Part shown: piece by piece, positions 57,065-64,000 of the stretch
Numbering within the stretch: the first letter of the stretch is position 1
Layout: the number at the start of each line of letters is the position of its first letter
Assembly: GCA_017558005.1 (NCBI GenBank)
Contig: JAFYWN010000007.1
Location: 74,364-138,363 of the forward strand
Direction: 5' to 3'
DNA length: 64,000 nt
Origin: Kiritimatiellia bacterium
GTDB lineage: Bacteria > Verrucomicrobiota > Kiritimatiellia > RFP12 > DVOR01
Position numbers and translations under genes: made by a program
The notes under the pieces: generated by a model
Databases searched by the model: none
What the model saw: the letters and a program-made list of their open reading frames with translations, nothing else
Told to the model about the DNA's origin: nothing

Positions 57065-58141
57065 TTAAAGCCCCATCTCTGCGAGAATATCAGCCAATTG
57101 CTTGCGGATAACATCCATCGAGAGATGCTTTTCAAAGAAGTCACGTGCGGTTTTACGCAAACCTTCCAATTCTTCACGCTTCTCAATCCACGGCACCACT
57201 GCATCAACCAATGCCTTCGCATCACCTGGCGGGATGAAGGTAATTGCTGCGCAGTCCTTTGCCTCTGGCGGATAGCCCGTGCAATATTCGTTAATCACCG
57301 GACGGCAACACGCCATCGCTTCATAGACCTTGTTGCCGATAACGCGCGAAGCCTTTTCCGTAGTGCCGAAAACGCCCAGGACGATATCGGCCGTGCGAAT
57401 AACCTTCGGCACGTCCACATAAGGGACCTTTTCAAGGAAGGTGATGTTGGAAATACCCTTCGCCTTCTCTTCCGTGGCGGCCTTGTAGGCACCCCAACCG
57501 AGGAAATCCCAGTGGATATTCAAATGCTGCGTAGCACGGGCAGCCTCAACGATGTATTCCGTACCATGCAAAGGCAAGTAAGCCCCATGGTAGAGAATGC
57601 GCAGAGGAGCCTTCGGATCATGCGGCGGATCTTCACCTTCAGCGGCGGGCTTAAAGACCTTTTCATCCGTGCCAGTGAAGAGAACTTTCAATTTCTCACG
57701 CGGCACCTGCATATGCTTATGGAAGAAATCGGCATGGCAAGAGGTATCGCAGAGCATCACGTCCACGGCATTGAAGAGCTTCGTTTCCCACTTCAGCAAC
57801 TTCTTTGCGCGGCCCTCTTCTGCCTTCCACTTCAATTGTTCTAGGACCTTCTTATCCCAAGCGGAAATCATCGGGTCAAAGGCCACCGGAATGCCTCGGC
57901 GATACGCCCAACGGCACGCCGCCATGCAGTCGCGTTGACGTGCTACCGGCACCCAAACCAAGTCAGGCTTCAGCCCCTTAGGGCCACGGAAAGCATACTC
58001 AATATCACCCAATGCACAGCAGTACTTCACGTGGAAAAACTGCACATCCCACCCTAATTCTTTAAAGAGGGCGATGTAAACTCGGTTGCGAGAATAATTC
58101 GGATCAAAGCGACCCCACCAAAGAACAGTCTTCTGAGCCAT
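57065..58141 (-). CDS. GT-B fold glycosyltransferase (GT1/GT4-like)
   Basis: About 358 aa from the ATG at 58141 (MAQKTVLWWGRFDP...). The C-terminal half has glycosyltransferase group 1 features (ILYHGAYLPLHGTEYIVEAA...NKVYEAMACCRPVI). Confidence 0.75.
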   Translation of the reverse strand: MAQKTVLWWGRFDPNYSRNRVYIALFKELGWDVQFFHVKYCCALGDIEYAFRGPKGLKPDLVWVPVARQRDCMAACRWAYRRGIPVAFDPMISAWDKKVLEQLKWKAEEGRAKKLLKWETKLFNAVDVMLCDTSCHADFFHKHMQVPREKLKVLFTGTDEKVFKPAAEGEDPPHDPKAPLRILYHGAYLPLHGTEYIVEAARATQHLNIHWDFLGWGAYKAATEEKAKGISNITFLEKVPYVDVPKVIRTADIVLGVFGTTEKASRVIGNKVYEAMACCRPVINEYCTGYPPEAKDCAAITFIPPGDAKALVDAVVPWIEKREELEGLRKTARDFFEKHLSMDVIRKQLADILAEMGL

Positions 58142-58160
58142 ATCAAAAACCTCGCCTTTC

Positions 58161-59189
58161 TTATTCAACCACTTCGAGCAAATCAAGCATGTACAACAAC
58201 GTCATCAAGCGGACGTCCAATGTGTGTCCTGCGCGATAAGACTTCACTGTACCGATGAAACGGCCGCGATCCACCAAGGCGATTGCGGCGACCAAGTCCA
58301 ACATCGTACGATGCCACACCGGTTCACAGCTGCCACCATTTTCCAAATCATAGTCAGGACGCGGTTTCGTGACAAACCCCTTCTTACCATGAATCAGGAT
58401 GTTGTCCTTCGTGTAGCCCATGTTGCGCACATCGGCCAATAGCTTACCGACCGTCTTAGAGAAGATGTACTGCGTCTGCGTCGCATTCGTACGTGCCCCT
58501 GCACCATAGATGAAGGTCTCAGGCGTCAAGTCAACCTGAATGCGCTGCTGGCCAATCACCGTATCCCAAGCGATAGCCACATCCAAATGAAGGCGCTTAT
58601 CCCCCTTCTCTGCGGGCAACAACGTCAAGAAGTCGCCACGTGTACCACCGATGGTCACCGGTTCCTTCACCGTCACATAACGCGCTGGGCGGCCCGTCGG
58701 GATGATTTTTGCACGCTGAATCGCCTCCACCAAATCTAAGCTGGAGCGATCAAAGAGGGGCGGGTCACCGCCAGCGATAGAGAGGCGAACGTTATCAACG
58801 CCCATCCCCAAACGCAATGCAATGATATGCTCCACCATACGCAAATAGTTGTGCGGAGAGCCTGCACGCAACACAATGTTTCGAGCGCTCGTCCAAACAT
58901 TTCGAACAGAGACCTTCACGTCCAGCTGTTCATTCAAATCAGTTCGATGAATCCACCATCCTGGCACCGTCGAGGGACCAATCTGCAGTAACGCATTCCG
59001 ACGACGTTCAAACGTGCCCACGCCTTCCGCACTTTCCGTACCTTCAAGGGTCGTCTCCTGACTCCCAAACGGTTCCAAGTTATCCGTAAGACGGGTGTCG
59101 GTCACGGGCTGTACGGCAAATGCTTCGTACGCTTTCAAAACCTGCGATTCCTCGCCGGCAACTAATCGTCCAATAACAGGATTGCTCAT
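58161..59189 (-). CDS. divergent LpxC-fold protein (UDP-3-O-acyl-GlcNAc deacetylase family paralog)
   Basis: 342 aa. By-eye alignment to E. coli LpxC blocks gives MVEHIIALRLGMGVDNVRL (vs VEHLNAALAGLGIDN), PPLFDRSS (vs PIMDGSA), WHRTMLDLV (vs RHKMLDAI) and YRAGHTLD (vs YKSGHALN). There is a ~60-aa N-terminal extension. Confidence 0.6.
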   Translation of the reverse strand: MSNPVIGRLVAGEESQVLKAYEAFAVQPVTDTRLTDNLEPFGSQETTLEGTESAEGVGTFERRRNALLQIGPSTVPGWWIHRTDLNEQLDVKVSVRNVWTSARNIVLRAGSPHNYLRMVEHIIALRLGMGVDNVRLSIAGGDPPLFDRSSLDLVEAIQRAKIIPTGRPARYVTVKEPVTIGGTRGDFLTLLPAEKGDKRLHLDVAIAWDTVIGQQRIQVDLTPETFIYGAGARTNATQTQYIFSKTVGKLLADVRNMGYTKDNILIHGKKGFVTKPRPDYDLENGGSCEPVWHRTMLDLVAAIALVDRGRFIGTVKSYRAGHTLDVRLMTLLYMLDLLEVVE

Positions 59190-59215
59190 AGGTAGCTCCT
59201 TCTGTTACATTAAAA

Positions 59216-60871
59216 TCAACTGTACCGCAGTCTGCTCTCACCCAGATATTCCCGAAGAATGGAATTGGTTGGAATATCTGTCATGGGCATTGAGGTAAAA
59301 TTCTGTAAGAAACAAGAGAGGCGACGCGCAATAACAAATTCCGGATAGGAGGGCTTAATCTGATTCAACAAAGGTGAGGCCAATGTTTTCAAGACCGGAA
59401 TTTCATAATCAAGCGCAGTATTGAAGACCGCATCTGCATAGTGTTGGAAGGGGAAAATCCACTTTTCTTCCCCTGCTCTGACGCTTGGCCAGAGGCGCAG
59501 CGTTTCCCGCGGGCTCCGCCCACGGAATTGACCATCACGCACCATCCGGCGCAACAACCGATTGTCGATCGTAGAGATACGGTTGTTATTGTCAATTGCC
59601 AACTGCGTCAACGCATTGACATAAATCAAAAACTTCTCTTCACGCGGAATGTCAGGCGTCAAATCTGGGTTCAACGAATGAATCCCCTCAATCACAAGGA
59701 TGCCACGTTTCGCATCCAATGCTAACGTCTCTTCCGAGTCATAGCCTTCGTGTTTGAAGAAATCAAACTTCCGCAGCGGAATCGTTTCGCCTGCTAACAA
59801 CTTAATAATGTCAGCATTCAAGCGCTTGCGATCAACGGCATCCAGATGTTCATAATCCAAATTACCGTTTTCATCACGTGGATTCAGCGCATCACCGACA
59901 AAGTAGTTGTCCGTCGAAATTAGGGTTGGCAAGAGTCCAATCACGCGCAAATGCGTGCAGAGGCGCATCGCGAAGGTCGTCTTACCTGCAGAACTCGGCC
60001 CCGCAATTAAGACCACATGTGGCCGAGGTACCTTTGTGGCGATTCGATCTGCGAAGGAGGCCAAGCGTTTTTCATGCAATGCCTCCACCGTATTAATCAC
60101 ATCAGCCACCGAGCCATCCGCAATTGCCGCATTCAATTCGCCCGCATTGCGGACCCCGATGATTTCCCCCCACCGCAGATGTTCTGCATAGACATCAAAG
60201 AGAAAGTCATAAGGTGGCATCGGGTCCAATTCTGTCGGCGTATTAAACCCAGGGAATTCTAAGACAAAGCCATCGCGCAAAGGGACTAAATCAAAGAGAT
60301 TAATCACACCGCTACGAAGTGCTAACGCCCCCTGAGGCAAATCATAGAAGTCCCCGCACGAAACTAATGCGAGATACGGCGGATTACGATGTGCGAGCAG
60401 ATTGACCTTATCCATCTGCCCACTCTCTTTGAAGAGCGAAACGATCTGTTCATAACCCGCGAGGCGATGGCAAATCGGGACATCCTGTTCAATTAGTTCC
60501 GCGAGATAGGCACGTAAGGCCGCTGTCTTTACTTCGCGCTCTTGTTCTGGGACATCCCATGACCAATACAAGGCATTATGACCAAAACTTTGGCGCACAC
60601 GACAATGCGCTGTCGGGAAATGTTCATGTAGCACCTTTGCCAAAAGGAAGCAAAGCGTCCGACGATAGACTTGCCATCCATTTTCATCGGCGAGCGTCAA
60701 GGGCTCAAGCTTTGCATCCAAAAGCGCAGGCGAGTCCAACGGCACCACGTCATTATTCAGAAGTGCCGCCAAGACCGGTAACCCATTGACCTCATGCGGC
60801 AACACCTTTGCCAACGGAGTTCCTTTCTCCGTCTGCACGAGATTGCCACCTGAAAGTTCAAACGTGATCAT
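59216..60871 (-). CDS. uridine kinase/phosphoribulokinase-family P-loop kinase with N-terminal TGS/ThrRS-like extension
   Basis: P-loop LIAGPSSAGKTT, then STDNYF and VIEGIH blocks typical of Udk. About 280 aa of N-terminal extra domain precede them. The ATG at 60871 has GGAG upstream and is preferred over the TTG at 60886. Confidence 0.72.
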   Translation of the reverse strand: MITFELSGGNLVQTEKGTPLAKVLPHEVNGLPVLAALLNNDVVPLDSPALLDAKLEPLTLADENGWQVYRRTLCFLLAKVLHEHFPTAHCRVRQSFGHNALYWSWDVPEQEREVKTAALRAYLAELIEQDVPICHRLAGYEQIVSLFKESGQMDKVNLLAHRNPPYLALVSCGDFYDLPQGALALRSGVINLFDLVPLRDGFVLEFPGFNTPTELDPMPPYDFLFDVYAEHLRWGEIIGVRNAGELNAAIADGSVADVINTVEALHEKRLASFADRIATKVPRPHVVLIAGPSSAGKTTFAMRLCTHLRVIGLLPTLISTDNYFVGDALNPRDENGNLDYEHLDAVDRKRLNADIIKLLAGETIPLRKFDFFKHEGYDSEETLALDAKRGILVIEGIHSLNPDLTPDIPREEKFLIYVNALTQLAIDNNNRISTIDNRLLRRMVRDGQFRGRSPRETLRLWPSVRAGEEKWIFPFQHYADAVFNTALDYEIPVLKTLASPLLNQIKPSYPEFVIARRLSCFLQNFTSMPMTDIPTNSILREYLGESRLRYS

Positions 60872-60898
60872 TACCCGAGGCTCCAAAGTGGACAGACC

Positions 60899-61288
60899 TT
60901 AGTTGGTCAAGTCATCTTCGGTGTTCATCACACCGTCCATCCCCGCAGAACGAATCGTGTACTTCTTGCCTTCTGCCTTGTATTCAAAAGGAATACCCCA
61001 AGCATCATTCAACACACCCGCCTTCAAGAGCGGCTCTTCATCGTTGATGCCAGTGGTAAGGTCTTCAATATTGCGCGGCAAACGACCCGTCTTCATGCGG
61101 TAGATGTCGCACGCCTGGCTAATCGCATTGATCGAGGTGAGCGTTGTCGCCTTACGCGCATCATCACCTGCTCCAGCGAAGTTCACCACCACAACCGTAC
61201 CCAGAATACCGAGGATGGTAATCACAAGCAGGAGTTCCACGAGGGTAAAGCCCGCACGACGACGTTTACGATTTACTGTCATATTCAT
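60899..61288 (-). CDS. gspG: type II secretion major pseudopilin GspG
   Basis: 129 aa with the prepilin cleavage/methylation motif RAGFTLVELLLVITILGIL and a GspG-type body (DAWGIPFEYKAEGKKYTIRSAGMDG). Confidence 0.85.
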   Translation of the reverse strand: MNMTVNRKRRRAGFTLVELLLVITILGILGTVVVVNFAGAGDDARKATTLTSINAISQACDIYRMKTGRLPRNIEDLTTGINDEEPLLKAGVLNDAWGIPFEYKAEGKKYTIRSAGMDGVMNTEDDLTN

Positions 61289-61306
61289 TCTTCCTCTCTA
61301 ATTAAA

Positions 61307-62554
61307 TTAGTGTCCCATGGCCGATGTCGCGGAGAAGACCGCCGACAAGATGGCGATTGCCACAAAACCAACGACCACCGCGACAAACAAAATCAAAATC
61401 GGTTCCAACATCGTGGTAAAGACCTTGATGTTGCGATCCAGCTCCGCCTCATAACGCTTGCCAATGTGTCCGAGCGCTGTCGGCAAATTACCCGTCTGCT
61501 CACCGAGCGCCATCATATCCGTCATCATACGAGGAAAGATACCACTCTGCGCCAAAGGCCCGGAAATAGTCGTACCATCCGTCACGCGTTCGCGCGCCTT
61601 TTTCAACTCTGCGCCAATCACGGCATTGCCGCTCGTCTCTTCAGAAATACGCAACGCACTCAACACATTGACGCCGTTAGAGAGCAAGGTCTGCATCGTA
61701 TAGGCGAGCGAAGCATAAGCCCCTGCCGCAATCAACCCCTTCACCAAGGGCATCTTTAGCTTAAAGGCATCCCACTTCATGCGGCCCGCACCCTGCGTCC
61801 ACTTGTGAAAGGCTACAATCACAAGCACAATCCCCAGCGCATAGAAGACACCATAACGAATCATGCCTTCACTCATGCTCATGAGAATTTTCGTTGGCAA
61901 AGGCAATTCCTGCCCCATGCTCTTGAAGAGTTCCGAGAACTGCGGCACGATTTTCACCATACAGAAAATCACTGCCAACACACCAATGCCCAAAACAATA
62001 CACGGATAAGTCAAAGCTGAGACAATCTTGCTCTTCATTGACTGCGTACGCTCATAGTGTTCCGTCAGACGATGCAACACCTCCACCATCGCACCCGAGG
62101 CTTCACCGGCGCGAACCATATTGCCATAAATCGCTGGGAAGGTCTTTGGATGAGCATCTACCGCATCAGAAAAGGCTTCACCGCGCACGATGCGATCCTT
62201 CAAATCGGCCGCCACCACACACATGCCCGAATTGGGATCACCTTGATTAGCGAGCGTATTTAAGGCCGCCCCTAAGGTCATCCCCGCCTCAATCAAATCT
62301 GCTAATTCAGACGTGAAGAGAAGGACTTCCGCGGGCTTCATCTTCTTTGCGGGCGCAGCACTCAACGAGAAAAGGCCAGGCTTTGCGCCACCCGCGCGCT
62401 TCTTTGCCGCGCCACCCGCCGCTTCTTTCACAGAAAGCGGTGTCAATCCCATCCCACGCAATGTAGCCAACGCACCCCGACGATCTGCCGCTTCCACGAC
62501 ACCCGCCTTTTGTGTTCGCTTGCTATCCAACGCAAGATATTCAAAATTTGCCAT
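61307..62554 (-). CDS. gspF: type II secretion/type IV pilus platform protein GspF/PilC family
   Basis: 415 aa with two T2SSF repeats (FTSELADLIEAGMTLGAAL, ...) and 3 TM helices. Confidence 0.9.
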   Translation of the reverse strand: MANFEYLALDSKRTQKAGVVEAADRRGALATLRGMGLTPLSVKEAAGGAAKKRAGGAKPGLFSLSAAPAKKMKPAEVLLFTSELADLIEAGMTLGAALNTLANQGDPNSGMCVVAADLKDRIVRGEAFSDAVDAHPKTFPAIYGNMVRAGEASGAMVEVLHRLTEHYERTQSMKSKIVSALTYPCIVLGIGVLAVIFCMVKIVPQFSELFKSMGQELPLPTKILMSMSEGMIRYGVFYALGIVLVIVAFHKWTQGAGRMKWDAFKLKMPLVKGLIAAGAYASLAYTMQTLLSNGVNVLSALRISEETSGNAVIGAELKKARERVTDGTTISGPLAQSGIFPRMMTDMMALGEQTGNLPTALGHIGKRYEAELDRNIKVFTTMLEPILILFVAVVVGFVAIAILSAVFSATSAMGH

Positions 62555-62744
62555 AACAACAATATGTTAACATAAATCTGCATCTAAATCCACGCAAAAT
62601 AGAATAAATGCGCGTGAATACTACACGAATAGTGACGCGGCAAGCACGAAAATAAAGAACACAACCTTCTGTGATATCATAATTTTATCTCCCCCCCTTT
62701 TAACTTACAATTCTGTAGATGATTTGATTCCCCATGCTTAAAAA

Positions 62745-63020
62745 TCAATTCAGCGAAATAGTGTAACTCTTTTCACCATATTCTGTTCTCATTTGATAAT
62801 TTACATTACACGTATCCCCGTCGCTTTTGTATGTAACAAGACATTCTTCATAATCATTTCCGCGCAATGCTAATTGACTCCGCGATCGACTATTCCCACC
62901 CTTCTTATAAACGGAAAGCTCTTCTAATTTTTTAGGATAACGCCCATACTCTTTTTTAAACTCTTTTATTTCACTTCTTCAATACTTTGTACTATATTTG
63001 CCCAGCTGTAAATTATTCAT
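62745..63020 (-). pseudogene. possible decayed pseudopilin-like gene with an in-frame TGA
   Basis: Own translation gives MNNLQLGKYSTKY*RSEIKEFKKEYGRYPKKLEELSVYKKGG...YTISLN*. The stop lies at 62979-62981. The EFKKEYGRYPKKLEEL segment resembles the conserved pseudopilin segment, and no hydrophobic N-terminus is present. Weak call. Confidence 0.25.
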
Positions 63021-63444
63021 TTACAATAACTTATCTTGAATATTTTATGGCGGGCAATTTTAAGCTTAAAATCAGTACAATTTGTACTATCCGTGCAAAA
63101 TTTAAACAGTACAAAATATTTCCGTGCAAATTATTTTAAGGGGAAATTTCCTCTCGGGAAGAAATCTTAAATAGTACAATTTTTGGTCGGGGACTTTTTA
63201 GACCTGTTTAGAAAATTCTAGAAAATAGTACGAAGGGCCGAAGAAGTGAAACCATTGGAATTGAAACTTAAAACCAATGGTATTAATTTTCCGTGTTTTT
63301 GTACTAATTTTCTAGAAATGCAATAGTACAAAATGCATTGCCCCATACTAATTTTTTGGAATGCAATTTAGCCCCAAAATAAGCAATTGGAATGCAACGG
63401 CATACGGGGAAAATGCATCGCGGGTGTCATAGTACATTTACTGA

Positions 63445-63789
63445 AAAATTGATAACTTAAGACGTAAAACAGTGCATCGAGCCTTACGATCAATTGTGAA
63501 AGAAACCTCCGAGGAAGGTATTACAATTACCCATATTTTAACCGATAATGGAACAGAGTTCACGGACACCAAGAAGGTTGAGAAAATTACACGAGCAATG
63601 CTCTTTTATACACATGCATGTGCAGCCTGGGAAAAGGGATACATTGAGAACTCTAATCACCTTATCCGTCGCTTCTATCCAAAAACCACCGACTTTTCTC
63701 GATTAATAGCCAAAGACATCGCGATTCTCCAGTATAAACTCGCACATTACCCACGTTCATCACAACTCAAACAAAAAGGTGCTGCATGA
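63445..63789 (+). pseudogene. IS30-family transposase, C-terminal fragment only
   Basis: The open frame contains ILTDNGTEF (second catalytic Asp region) and WEKGYIENSNHLIRRFYPKTTDF (the IS30 E...N.N.L.R...PK motif). The N-terminal two thirds, including the HTH and first Asp, are absent, and no inverted repeats were identified. Confidence 0.6.
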
Positions 63790-63879
63790 AAATTTTCAAT
63801 GTTTTTCCCTCCCGCCTGCGCAATTTGTCTTGCATTTCACCTTTTAGCCATCGAGCCGAGCGCCTGCGGCGTGGTACGG

Positions 63880-64000
63880 TGTGAAGTGGCCGCCCCTTCG
63901 GGGCTAGGGCGCCTGCGGCTGTAGAGGACCACGCGGGGCGTGGTAGAGGACGGGCTGACGCCCGTTGAAGACCGCTACGCGGTAGAGGGCGCTCTGCGAG
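63880..64000 (+). repeat. array of GC-rich mini-hairpins separated by AGAGG/TGAAG, truncated by the window end
   Basis: Stems lie at 63892-63904, 63928-63944, 63950-63965 and 63971-63983, with weaker ones at 63911-63919 and 63990-63998. Each is followed by AGAGG or TGAAG. Confidence 0.55.

Noticed and set aside
62979-62981. In-frame TGA in the pseudopilin-like frame as recoding (selenocysteine or reassigned UGA)
   Set aside because: TGA clearly acts as a stop elsewhere, for example the rnr stop at 25273-25275. No SECIS-like hairpin follows, and the surrounding region looks decayed.
63775-64000. Minus-strand reading frame open across the hairpin array (…PLPRSGLQRASARPLPRPAWSS…RRRRSARWLKGEMQDKL…)
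   Set aside because: It has the Arg/Pro/Ala-rich composition typical of spurious frames in GC-rich DNA. The repeat units have non-multiple-of-3 lengths, and the frame would overlap the IS30 fragment. It remains unresolved because the frame leaves the window.

Overview
Bacterial chromosomal window, densely coding except for three gene-poor stretches. The taxon cannot be established from the window alone. Positions 1-22.6 kb form an unbroken minus-strand block: a partial membrane protein, secA, rpsU plus tRNA-Thr(UGU), an MBL hydrolase, an FAD oxidoreductase, 5-FTHF cyclo-ligase, proA, carboxynorspermidine dehydrogenase, a 957-aa membrane/GDYXXLXY fusion protein, a Lys/Ala-tailed CBM48 protein, an RmlD-like reductase, tatD, PEGA and FHA proteins, DUF2851, corA, a kinase-like protein and DUF1287. 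Positions 23-37 kb are plus strand: rnr, PHP histidinol phosphatase, rseP, ispG, polyprenol-P mannosyltransferase, an AEC transporter, BI-1/YccA, hisD, hrpB, an O-methyltransferase and a 44-aa rubredoxin missing from the ORF track. Next come potDCBA (minus), then a plus-strand run of a biotinylated carboxyltransferase (oadA/pycB-like), an MsbA-like ABC exporter, a tricorn-like S41 protease and panD. The last block is minus strand: ung, hisF, hisH, a secreted CxxCxGxG-repeat protein, a sigma54 two-component pair, a glycosyltransferase, an LpxC-like protein, a Udk-like kinase, gspG and gspF. Four observations stand out. (1) Two diverged but colinear ~520-bp non-coding elements (21388-21908 and 42061-42579) carry 22-bp-phased AATTTCGC iterons and TGTTGATAAC boxes, including a 53-bp identical core. 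(2) A 1.66-kb gene-free gap surrounds copy B. (3) An AT-rich decayed island with an IS30 transposase fragment lies upstream of gspF. (4) A GC-rich array of variable mini-hairpins runs off the right edge. I saw no CRISPR array, no rRNA and no recognisable defence or toxin-antitoxin system.
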